From: Nemertoderma westbladi
Taxonomy: Eukaryota; Animalia; Xenacoelomorpha
NCBI GenBank assembly: GCA_032718475.1
Contig: JAUCBJ010008780.1
Coordinates: 1-64,000 of the forward strand
DNA length: 64,000 nucleotides
Direction: 5' to 3'
The translations under genes were made by a program, and so were the position numbers. Positions 12,532 through 25,018 of this stretch are shown here, piece after piece (position 1 is the stretch's first letter; every line of letters begins with the position of its first letter). The notes under the pieces are model-generated. The model was given only the letters and a program-made list of their open reading frames with translations. It searched no databases and had not been told where the DNA came from.

Positions 12532-12542
12532 ATAACGGATAT
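12532..12542 (+). promoter_or_regulatory. Non-tRNA primer-binding-site position ATAACGGATAT, complementary to LTR 11782-11792
   Basis: Directly follows the terminal CA of the LTR; no TGG; exact reverse complement of ATATCCGTTAT within the LTR. Confidence 0.75.
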
Positions 12543-12859
12543 TTCGTCTAATTGCAGGGTAGGCAATAAATACAGTTTAATATTGTTCTGGTAAGAACAA
12601 TAACGGTTATAGCTTCTGTATTGCAGTAGGCAATAAAGCTGCCTGACTACCTAACCACCCGGACCGGTACCTACAGCAGTACAGGTACAGCAGTATTATT
12701 CGATTGTGAAATTGTATACCGGTAGGCTGTTTAAGAGATTAGGGACTGTACACCCCTTGTTTCTTTTGGAGCTTACTTATTTCTGTCAGTTTTATTTATT
12801 TGTAGGCCAGTATTGAGCAGAAGGCGTGTAAGCCTGCTCAGATTGTATAGACAATTTGT

Positions 12860-13440
12860 AGGTTAGACTGTTGTCTGACTGTTGTTAAGTCTGAACGGAT
12901 TGCAGTGTGTGTAGAGCATCTGTCCGATAAAGTGCTAGTTAGGAACGTAGGGGCTTCAAGTGCTGTGAGGTAAACCCCCTTTGAAAGAATAAGTCGTACT
13001 ACTAGGTTAGAACGCATACTAACTAATCATTTCGGAGTCTGCATATACTGTAGTTTATTTAGGCTTGATAGTAGTCTGCCATCGTTTGGTCTGTACTTTG
13101 TTTGTGTAGTCTGTACGGGTAGCGTATAATTCTTATTTAGATAATTTGTAGGCTGGATAGTTGTCTGGCTGTTGTTAGGTCTGAGGAAAATTCGGTGTGT
13201 GTAGAGTGTATGTCCGATAAAGTGCCAGTTGGGAACGTAGGGGCTTCCAGTGCTGTGAGGTAAACCCCCTCTGAAAGAATAAGTCGTACTACTAGGTTAG
13301 AACGCATACTAACTAACCATTTCGGAGTCTGCATATACCGTAGTTTGTTTAGGCTTGATAGTAGTCTGTCAGTATTTGGTCTGCATTTTATTTGAGTAGT
13401 CTGTACGCGTAGCGTAATATTTATTATTCAGAGTTTATGC
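12860..13440 (+). repeat. Tandem duplication of about 290 bp in the E1 5' leader (also in E2 at about 44690-45240)
   Basis: Two near-identical copies of tgtccgataaagtgc...gtaaaccccct...tagtagtctg. Confidence 0.85.
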
Positions 13441-14322
13441 TATTATTCGCAACATTCATATCCCCAAGTTTATTCCTACAGTAATTGTGCTTGTTATACA
13501 TACCGTTATAGTTAAACTAACTCCGGTACTACATCAGGGCTGCTCGGCGTAGGTAAAGACTGGAGATTTTATGCTTTGGTCACTCCGGCAGATACCGTGG
13601 TTCTTTTAGCTGTTCAAGTATTTTTAACTATTGATTATTTGTTGTACAAGTACCTGTACCTAATTTAGGGTTTAGTGTACAGTGCTTTCCAAAGGTAATT
13701 AGCGTGTAGGCAGTATATTTGTGTTGTAAAGTGGTTAATAGGCACGTTGGTTCTGGTAGACCGCGGTAATTAACTTCTGGGTAGGAACACTCCGTGATAC
13801 ATAACGTAGTACTTATAGCGATACGGCTATAAGTCGTCAGACGGTGGTATTTTCCTATCTGGACAACGCAGTATATTTACTACTAATTATTATTTTCAAA
13901 TACCGTAGTACTCTGTCCGTTGTAATAACCAGATATTCTAACCCTTTGTTAGGCTGGTTTGTAGACTTCTTGTAAAATTACCCTAAAAATTCGTACTTGT
14001 AAATTTTTGTGTTTATTTAGAGATTGTAATCTCAACCCGAATTGTACGTAATTTGTAGTATTAAGTAACTTAGGTAAATTAGAATTATTTGTTTTAGTGT
14101 CCAACAAGTAGCACTCCACTGAGAGCGCACAGCTTCTGTGTAGTGACTCCCCCAGAAATAATAACATTTATTTCAAATATTGACAAAAACCCATTAAACG
14201 GGTATATATATTATAAATCAACTCAAACGATTTATAAATAGTAGGCCTGCCATACAACAACTTGGTCTCAATATCAGTTGGACTACTGCTTAAATAACGG
14301 TAATAAAGTATTCGTCAGCTCT

Positions 14323-17300
14323 ATGGAGCGATTAGAAAAACAACTGTTTCAACAACCCCAAGGACCTCAAGAGCAGGGACAGCTGCTTTATCAAGTTAGA
14401 GAAAGAATTCTACGAATCAGGCTAATCTTATCGGCCTTTGAGGAGGCTTCTAAAAGAAGACAAGACACGTCGTTGCAAGTTGCCGTAAAGACTTGGTTTC
14501 AATGGGTGAGCCTCCAGGTGCAAGGAACGACTCAGTGGAAAGCCCAGCTGGATGAGCGCTCAACCCATGGAGAATCAACAGACGCTACTTTTTCCCAAGT
14601 GGAAAGTGAAGCGGCGGCAGAGAAGCCGCATAAGAGGGATGCCATTGACATCTATCTGTCGGACTATCAATGTTTTGTAGGAGATGAAGAGTTGAGGAGA
14701 AGACTAGAGGGGCTTAGCCCTAATAGTGAAGGAGCCCGGCGTGTGTTGGACGCAATCGATGTGGATAGGCTAGCTGCGAACCAAGCTAAATTCAATGAAA
14801 GCATCCGCATCGCTAAGGTTCAAGAAGAACAAGTATAGAAAAAACGTATAGAAGATAGAAAGACAGCAGCAGCGGCAGTGGCAGCGGCAGAAGCGGATAG
14901 AAAAGCGGCAGAAGCAAAAGCGGCAGCTGCAGCAGCCGAAGCGGAAAGAAAAATAGCAGCGGCAGAAGCAAAAGCGGCAGCTGCAGCAGTAGAAGCGGCA
15001 AGAAAAGCGGCAGCGGCCGAAGTGGAAAGAAAAATAGCAGTGGCAGAAGCAGAACGGAGGGCATCTGAAGAGACAACCCAACTAGAGTTGGAAAATCTTC
15101 AAGAGAGGCAAGGCAGATGATGAATCGATCTACTCCCAAAAGACAAGGTTATACATCATCTGAGGAAGGCGATACCACCGATCCTGAAGGCGGAGGAAAT
15201 CAATCTCGCCTAAGCAGACGTAAAAGAATGTCCCACCGTCAGAAATTGCCTGATTTGCCCCCAGCTGTTAGAAGGCAACTAAATAACACAAACTTAGGTA
15301 GTACAGAACCCACAGACCAAATAATTAAAATAGAAAGACTCCCTACTATAGTAGATGAGCCTGAAATAATTAGGCCTGTTCTTGAAATCACCCCTTCGGT
15401 GATAGAGACACCTGTACTCCCAGAACCTACCTTTAAATTCCCTTTACACAGCACCAAATTATCTGTGCCTAGAGGAACAGCCCCTGAAACAGTGTCGGTC
15501 CTGGACTCCGAGCGAAATATAAAGGATATATCGCCCGTAGTCCCTCGTCTGCCCGCTACGACGTTGGCGGATCCCGCTTCGGCAGTTGATTGGGTAGACG
15601 AGAGACGGCGGGGGATGGATATTCTCCTCGGAAAGATGGAGGAGAATCGAGTGCGCTCCTCCAAACAGGTCCGAGAATTAGAAGGGACTGTTCAACAGTT
15701 AAAGGGAACCGTAAAGGAAAGTAGGTTAGAGTTGCAAGAAGTGCAGCAAAGTATCGCGCTAGAAGGCGATAAATTAGTAAATTTACAAAAGGGTATACCA
15801 CCACCCCCGGTAACAATGTGTCAACCTGTTAGGTTTGAAGTATCTCATGCGCAAGGTGTGGAGCCTACACGCATATATACTGCTAGCGAAGTATAAACTC
15901 CTATAGTGAACCCTATTAAGGGTAATTATAGACATGTTGATAATGATATTCCCTATAGACCTGATCATAATCCGAGAAATTTATATACCGATAACTCGAT
16001 ATTAAATAACACGATGGCCCAAGAAAGTTTTACGCGTCAAATTGCTAGAACCGAAGCCCGGCAAGTGGTAAAGGTGGGAGAGATCATCAAGTTCAATGGA
16101 GATGAGATGAAATGGTTACCTTTTATTGAATATTACAAAGATAACGTACAGAACTCTGTACTATCTAATGGAGAGAAACTTAGATTCCTCATCGAGTGCT
16201 TGGAAGGATCTCCCAAGTTAATGGCGTTAAAGTTTATTGGACATCCAGACGGATTAAGGCAAGTTTGGGATACCCTAAACTTCAGGTATGGTAATAGGAA
16301 TAACATAGCTGGGTATTTGTATGCCAAGTTGGTAGCGCCCCGAAAATTTATTAGCAGCGGGATTATAGAGTTTTTCGATGAGATTCAGGAGATCTGCCGA
16401 CAATTAGATTGGCTAGGTAAGTCTCATGAGTATCAGAGTGCTATGGTTATTAGGGCAGTGGCTTCTACTTTACCGAAGGGTGGAGTAGGTACACGCTGGG
16501 ACAAGAAAGTGTTATATATGATGGAGCAACAACAACGAGACCCTACCATGGCTGATCTCATGTCATTCTTGGATGGCGAAGTGAAATTACAGCTCATAAA
16601 GCAGTCCAGAGAGAAGACACCGGAAAACAAGGTAAGTGAGAAACCCGTCTCTAGGAGAAAGGTAACACCAGTGTGTTATACAGACGACGGCGAAAGCCAG
16701 ACTTCTCAAGGAGAGGATAGCGGGAAAGACACTGAAAGATCTTATTATGTCAATAAAACGCCTAAAGAACAGGTAAGTAAATTCAAGTCTCGAACCAATG
16801 ACAGGAGAGAACAGGTAAGAAAAACTCCTCCTACGTCTCCCAAGAGAATTCAGGTGAGAAAGCCCGAAGAAAGAACGAGTGTGCACACTGTTATTCAAAA
16901 TAAGGTAAGTAACATCAAACCGAAATGTGCGCTATGTGACGGGACTCACCGTTTGAATATGTGTGATGAATTCCTGAAGAAATCATTAGCAGAGAGACGG
17001 GAAGTCATGTGGGATAAGCGGTTGTGTTATAATTGCCTCAGACAAGGACACCAACGGCGAACCTGTTACTCCGACACAAGGGGTGCAAAGTGCAGTGCGA
17101 AACATCATATCTTGTTGCACACTGAATTCGAGCGAAATAGTCCGAGTCAGGTAAGTGATTCCGAACTACATGTCCAATTCAGTGATGTGAACGACACTGA
17201 TCAATCTGAGATGGAAGGATTCTATATGGACGAGTTCTCCGACGAAAACGAATCCTGTTACATGATAAATACCGCAGTGTATCGAGCACTCACGTATGAA

Positions 17301-20300
17301 AAAGATACAGACAGCGACCTCACCCTAACTACTTCTGATCGACAACCAGCTTGGAAAGCGCCATCTTCCAATGTAGGAATCCGAGAATTTCCTGTAGTAC
17401 AGGTAAGGGTCCACGGACCTAAAAGAAGTTATGTAGTGAACGCCCTCCTTGACTCCGGTAGTACAGGAACATTCATCGACAAAGAACTAGCCGAAGACAT
17501 CTTTGCTGGACAACCCAAGTTCCGAACTAAGCTAAACATGTCAGGAATTATGCAGGTTTGGAAATCTACAGTAATCGCGGATTATTATGTAGGTGCGTTG
17601 TCCACCCCCCAGGATGAACTAGGAGAACATAGTATAAGGTCAGTAAAAATGGTGGCGATAAAGAACTTCGCTACCACCCAAGTGGAACCTTATAACTGGG
17701 ATGAGGACGATTTCACCCAGCAGCTGGAAATACCTAGATTCAACACCGATTACCCTGGAGTGCAAATACTCATCGGTCAAAACGTGCATGAAGCGCTCGA
17801 GACATTGGAGAAACGGCCCGCTCAACCGCAACCACTACAAGCTTATGCGGGAAGAACTAGAGTGGGTTGGTACTTTACTGGCCCTTCCCGTAGAACTCTC
17901 ATGGAAAGATTACCGAAAGACCAGGTATGTCAAGTGAGAGAATGGGAAGTCGAGAGCAGTGAGTTAGACGATCCAACTGAGGGAACACCATACTCCTCAG
18001 ATAATGACGATGTCCACCAACTTTTTGACGAGGAGAATGCCATCGATCTCCTTAAGGAAAACGAGACTTGGCAAAACCAAGTGAACTTATGTCAACTCTT
18101 TCTTCCATCAGAGCGAGACGACTATAACGACGAGCTTAATGACGTCATTGAACGTTATAATGCCTAGACTCGGGACGAACACGCCGTACGATTCTTTACT
18201 CAAGAGGCTATAGAGCCCAATTCCTATGATAAGGCCCTATCGGTAGAGGAAGAAAGAGCCAAGCAGATCCAAGAGACAACTACACGTTTTCTTAAAGATC
18301 AAGGTAGATATGAGATCGGTCTACCTTTCCGAAAGCGAGAACCAAAGTTTGTAAACAACAGACCCTTGGCGGAGAAAAGAATTGCTCAACTACATCGACG
18401 CCTTATGGCAAATTCTTCAGCTAAAGAAATGTATCAAACGCAGTTGAAGAAGTTTATTAGCAAGGGATATGCGGAGCTAGTACCGGAAGAAACACCTATA
18501 ACTGAGAGAACGTATTATTTAACTCACCATTACGTTCCCAAACCCGGTAAACCACATGAGGTACGAGTGGTGTTTGATGGCTCCGCCCTCTATATGGGCC
18601 AATCCCTTAATTCTGAATTGCTACCCGGACCCAACTTACTCCAATCATTGTTGGGAATACTTTTAAGATTAAGACAATATTCCATTGCTTTCGCCTCAGA
18701 TATAGAAGGCATGTTCTTACAAGTCAAAGCGCTGGATAGGGATCGAGATAGCCTACGATTTCTGTGGTGGCCTGAAGGAGACCTCAACCAGAAACCGGTG
18801 GAGTACTGGATGACCATCCAAGCTTTTGGGATAATCTCGAGCCCTTCAAACGCCTGTTCCATGGTGCGCACCACTGCGGATGACAACCGAGACGCCTTCT
18901 CTAAAGAGGTGATTGACAACATTAAGCAGGATATATACATGGACGACAATCTAAAGTCCCTTCCATCAGTCGAAGAAGCCATCGATGTCGCTAAAGGAAC
19001 GGTAGAGTGCTTAAAAAGAGGTGGATTTCGATTAACTAAATTCACCAGCAACTCCCGTGAGTTTCTGGAGTCGATCCCGGTAGAAGATTGAGGAGCAAAA
19101 GACCTGGATCTAATAAAAGATGATCTCCCAGAAACTAAGACCCTTGGTTTGAAATGGGACACCAAAAGAGATATCCTGTTTTTCCAACTAAAACAGCGAG
19201 ATAATCCAGTTCGGACTAAACGGATTTGTTTAAGTATCCTGAGCACTTATTTCGATCCATTGGGATTTATTAGCCCAGTTATATTGATTGCTCGGAGTTT
19301 AGTACAACAAATGTGGCTTGAAAACCACTCATGGGACGATCCACTTAAGGGAGAGTTGTTAAAGAAGTGGATGAAATGGGAAGATTCTCTACCAGCTATC
19401 GAGAACTTTATAATTTCCCATTCATATTTTGGTCATGTTCTCCCTACGTATTCCTATCAACTCCATGTGTTTGGAGACGCCAGCGATATGGGAATAGGTA
19501 TAGTAGCCTACCTAAGGGTGGAAACTCCGGACGGAATCAAAGTTGCCTTGGTTACCTCTAAGGCATTGATAAACAATAAGTTGAAAGTTCCTCGAGCGGA
19601 GTTAAAAGCGGCTCTATACGCTACAGCCATCGGCCGGAATGTAACAGAACAGATCGACTATCCACTGGAGAAAACTGTCTATTGGACCGACGCTTTACTC
19701 GTGTTGGAGTATATAACCAATGAAGTCTGTCAGTTCAGTGTCTTCGTTACCAATAGAGTAGCTATTATACTCAGTCGCACAACGATGGATCAATGGAGAC
19801 ATTGCCCCGGAACGATTAACCCAGCAGATATCGCCTCCAGGGGAGCAACTCCACAAGAACTGGTAGATACTCCAGACTGGCTAGGTGGACCCGACTTCCT
19901 CTACAAAGAAGAAGAAGAATGGCCTCCTCATCTTACTACCACAGAGATTAGACAGGCCAAGGGAGCGGAGAAAGTCAAACCTAAAACTCGGGCGAGTAAA
20001 TCGAAGTTATTCAAACCTATGGTAGATCTGTCTGTACTACATACTTCCGGAGACAACGCTTTGGATCAGAAACCCACAGCCACAAATAAACTTGTTGTGG
20101 AAATCCGTGATAAGGATTGGAAATCTGGAATACCAGACGTCTCGCAAGGACTCTCACCTCTTCTGCAGAGAGCGATACATCACTACAGTTCCTGGAATCG
20201 GCTCTGTAAGGCCGTTACATATTTAAAGAGATGTTTTCACCATCACTACTCCGGGATGAAGGCCAAAGGTGATACCGCTCCAATAACATCAGTGCAGGTC

Positions 20301-21821
20301 CATGTTATTAAAGATCTTCCCAAATATAAGATACCCGACAGGTTTCTGAAGGAGAAGATCAGTTATCAGGAGCATGAAGAAACCAACAAGCAGATGCTGA
20401 GACTCCTGCAATGCTATGAAGATTCCGATAAGTATTTCCTGTTGTTGAGAAATCCACAGATGCGCTTAAGGGATCGTTTCTCTAGCACAATGATAGATGG
20501 GTTGATATGTGTTGGAGGAAGATTAACGAATGCTCCATTATCCTTTGACACTAAGTTCCCCATACTCATTAGAAATCTTGAAATACAAGTCAAGATGATT
20601 GTAGATGTTCACAGCAAACTTTATCATGCTGGTAGGGAACGAGTTCTTAGCGAAATTCGAACTCGCTATTATTTTTATAAACCCCGTAGAGCTCTGAACC
20701 AAGTTCTTAGGAACTGTATACCCTGTAGGAAAGCATTCAGTAGGCCTTTAACACAGCGAGAGGCAGAATTACCTAGGGAACGAGTAAGCTTCTATGAACC
20801 ACCCTTCACTAATACCGGTGTGGATTTATTTGGCCCTATTGAAGTATATCGTGCTAGGACTATAGTCAAGAGATGGTGTGTAATCTTTGTTTGTATGACT
20901 TGTAGAGCTATCCATCTCGATATGGTGAACGATTTATCGACCAACAGCTTCCTATTAAGCTTACGACGACAGATCGCTCGCTTTGGCACTAGTAACACGA
21001 TGAGATCTGATAAGGGAACTAACTTCATTGGTGCCAACAATGAAATCAAAGCTTATGTCAAAGATTGGAACCAAAGACAGGTGGACGATCAGCTACGAAT
21101 AACAGCGTCTAGCTGGACCTTCAACGCCGCCGACGCCCCTTGGTGGGGATGAAGTTGGGAGAGATTAATAAGAAGTGTGAAGACAGCATGTCACTTTATA
21201 GTGCCTTGCCGCGCGTATCTCACCGACGAACTTTTGCGGACGTTAATGGAGGAAATCGCCGCCTATCTCAATGAGAGACCGCTTATGCCAGTCTCATCGA
21301 GTCCCGATTCCCTGGAAGCGCTAACACCCGCGCACTTCCTACTGAAGAAACCTGTAGCCATGCTACCACAATCGGAAATCACAGACGGAGACGAATACTG
21401 CCGGCAAACTTGGCAACTCATGCAGTTGTTATCCCGTCGTTTCGCTGATCATTTCAAAAAACATTATCTGCCCACGCTACAACTTCGAACTAAGTGGTTT
21501 GCGCAGCAAGAAAACGTCAGCGCTGGAGACATGGTTCTTATTGTGGATGTAGATCTTCCACATAAGCGGTGGCAGACAGGTCGTATCATCGAGACTCACA
21601 TCTCTGATGATGGTTTGGTGCGATCGGTAGAACTCGTCGTCATGCGACGTTACTTCAAGAAATCGGGAATTGTCTTCGAGACGCAGCAGCTCAATCGCCC
21701 AGTTGGTCGCTTATGTTTACTGGAAAGAGACAGAGAACTCTCCGGAAACTATGGGAGACAAGATACTCTTCCCACGACCACCTCCCTAATCCAACAAACA
21801 TCTAGGGACTCCCCAGCTTAG
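14323..21821 (+). pseudogene. E1 gag-pol polyprotein lacking the gag N-terminus, with premature stops
   Basis: DUF1759-like gag, zinc knuckles CALCDGTH..C and CYNCLRQGH..C, protease LLDSGS, RT YMDD, RNase H VFGDAS/YWTDA, integrase HHCC, GVDLFGP and RSDKGTNF; stops at about 14838, 15896, 18167, 19091 and 21152 and a frameshift near 15118. Confidence 0.93.
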
Positions 21822-23452
21822 TAGCATATGGAGTGGGTGTGTGACCATATTATTTTATATTCTTATTATTTTATATTTATGTATGTATTATTATGTAATT
21901 TTATTATAATCGTTTTATTTAATTTTATTTAGTAGCATGTTATTTTAGCGATTATTTAGTAGATTAGTGCAATATGTTCGCGTTTATTACGTAATTACTT
22001 ATATTATATATTTAGTGCGACGTCGAGAAATAATTATTTTTCTCTTTCCTTACTGCCCGTATTACATTACGAATACGTAACTACAGTAAGATGAAATGTC
22101 CGTACTTATTAAAGTACCATAAAGCCACTACTATATTCAAGTATTATTGGTAGGCAGAGTATTAGGAATGCAAAGTTCAGATCCTCGTGTCTCAGCTAAA
22201 CCAAGCTCTGGGTAGACCTTGGAAACGACTTGCCTCTTCACACTGACATTGCTTTGTGCGATATTGCTCTCATACCGTATATTAAATAATATATATAGTA
22301 GCGTGATGTCCCTTTAACAGTAGCGTATAACGCAAAATAAATCTGTTTAACCCTTTGACCATCTGCAATTCTAGTCGATTAAGATATCGTGGCACCCACC
22401 GATATACTTGAAAGACAAAATTCTAGAATCAGTGGTTAACGTCCCCAGACAAGTTCTGGAATAAACTGGTGCCCATCCTAAATATGAATTATTAATCTTT
22501 ACAAAATATGTCAAATATCAGATCCTTTAAAATTCTAGTCGATTAAGATATCGTAGCACTTACCGATACTCTTAAAAGGACAAAATTCCTAGAATCAAGG
22601 ATCCCAGTCCCCAGACACGTTCTGGAATAAAATTGTGTCTATTTTAATATTAAATAATAAAATTTACGGGAATAAATTTAAATTCATATGTTTCAATGAA
22701 TTTAATAAATTGTCATTTTATACAATTTATAACATTCCCAAAATTCCATTAATTAATAGATCATGGGAGTGGAGATTCACTCTATTAAGTGTATTTGTGT
22801 GCGAGAATCTCCAATATATAGTCAATAGCCGATAAAATTCATAAAATCATATATAGAGAGGATATTGACAATTAAAGAATTACTATTAAATAGCATCCCA
22901 GATCTGCATGCATGAGAATTACCCTAATTCTACCGCTAGCTTTCCATAATGTCACCATGGCAACAACCACGCTAGAATTAGAAGTGAGTTAAAAGAACAA
23001 TAGAAAGCTTGCCCCATTGAATAGCATAGTGAATAAATAGCGCACTGCTAGTATCCAAGGATACATAATAAATACAGTGACATTCTGGAAGGTACTGACT
23101 AACGGACAAATGGCCCGAATGTGTGCAGTTTATGGCAGTTGTGTTGAATTTGTGCGTTTGTAGGTGAATGTTACTACTAAGGTGTGTTTACAGTAGCGAG
23201 TCGCAATTGTGAAAGTAGCCCTAACCCTCCAGAAAGAACCTGAAGTACATCTAAGCCTTTGGGACGGACAGTGGAGTGACTTGTGCCGGTTATCGTTGTC
23301 GTTGTGTAGCTACATCGTTGGCGAAAGCACAGCGACGACGGTACATCGGCGCTGAGGATCTTACACTGTCCGGGGGCAAAAGAGGGGTAGGCAGCGACGC
23401 CCGCTAGCCTAATATATAAACTCATTATAATATTGATAAACTCATAGCAGAT

Positions 23453-24950
23453 ATGACTGAGTTGATAGAAGATGATCTTGGTATCAGGGAGCGATATACT
23501 CTACCTTTACAAGCGTTTGTCGATAGCTTGATACGCGGCGACGCTGGTCCAACTACTACGGAGGATGATGGTCGTTATATCGAACCGCCAATGTCCCCGG
23601 AGCAACTTCTCGCTATACGCATCGTAATGGTACGTATATGGACTTCTTAGCTACTGGTCATCCTATCGACCTACACGATATGAACGATATAGACACCAAA
23701 AGGGAAATGGTTTATTTAAATATCATACCCAGCGGAAGCGGAACGATAAACTGAGACTCGAACACGAAAATTATATTCGAAACCGACTCGAGAGTGCAGA
23801 TGTCGAAGAGCCGGATAAACGCAGCGACTTCACCAAATACCTGGAATTCTTGAGAGAAACCTATCTCGATATTACCAGTCAACAGAATCTAGAAACTCGA
23901 TATCCTCAAGGTATACATCATGACCGCATGGTAGAACTCAAACGGCTCTATTCCACTATGATGTATCTTACCGCCGATCGACCGCTACCTGTTGTACCGG
24001 ATAGCTTCGAACGGATGGAGGAATATTGTAAGCTGGAGAAAGATCACTCGCATTTCCCCTACAAGACGTGCGTTTTTGGTATTATTGCGATGAATGTCCA
24101 AGACCCAACCAACAAACGGAAAGACATAAACATCCGCGGAGACGTTGCTTTAAACACGGTTTTACTCGCTATATTTACGGGAGTTTCAAGCGAAACTTGT
24201 TCGATGTATCACCTACGCTCGTTCGACTCAGACGATCCTTAAATAAACCAATGATCAGAGTTTTGGAATACTCGATCAGATCTCCTCATTCCCTAGTGAG
24301 ACCTCAGACTCTTGATCCTATTAGTATGACGGATCCTCCCGAGCTGTATTCACTGTTCAAAGATCTAGTGTTACCCTAACAATTAATCGGTAACACTCCG
24401 GCAGTGAGCTCTAGTTAGCCGCCCATCTTACCTAGCCGTATTGGGACGCGGACACCTAATATCGCCATTCAACCATATAGTCGTCCCAGTTTAACGCGAT
24501 ACAACCCTTCATCAAGGTGGAGGAGAGCGTTGTACGAAACGAGTTAAACGCTATTCTACAAAGATCAGAAAGGAAACCTGCGTTTGTTCAGATAAACGTA
24601 AGTTGTAATAGCAGGTCCAAGCGGTAAACAAAGTAAATTTATCTCAGTTCGATCGGGAAATCCAGAATCTCTAAGAAGTTATCGAACTTGGACGACCCTA
24701 TTCTCTGCGAGAGTTTTTGGATGAACGTATCCAGCTACGAGCGGAGGAAAATCAGCTCGAGGAGAAGCATATCGAAACGGCGGATACCCCGACCATAATC
24801 CTACACCTTCTGATGCAATCATATTGCACCCTTCACCCAGGATTTATAGCCCTCCTAGTAAAGTGGCTCCCCCCAAAGAGAAAAGGACTCTTGTTAGCCT
24901 CAAAAAACTGCGTAAACGCCGTCCGTGTAAGAAAGACTAACTGTTTAGAG
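23453..24950 (+). pseudogene. E1 additional 3' ORF (ORF3), frameshifted and internally deleted
   Basis: Start MTELIEDDLGIRERY matches E2 ORF 36408-37037; about 24775-24950 matches the C-terminal coding sequence of E2 ORF 33966-35741. Confidence 0.8.
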
Positions 24951-25018
24951 TATTTCTATATTTTAGAAACTGTGATTTGTTATATTTTATAGACTTAAAT
25001 CCCATTTTCTGGGAGCGG

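Noticed and set aside
21829-21845. PPT-like GGAGTGGGTG followed by TG right after pol
   Set aside because: Could be a vestigial ancestral PPT, but the functional PPT and LTR start are clearly at 25011-25020.
22176-22205. HDV-like ribozyme suggested by AGA-TCCTCGTG-TCT (P3/L3)
   Set aside because: No matching P1 helix and no GG for P1.1 at the expected place.
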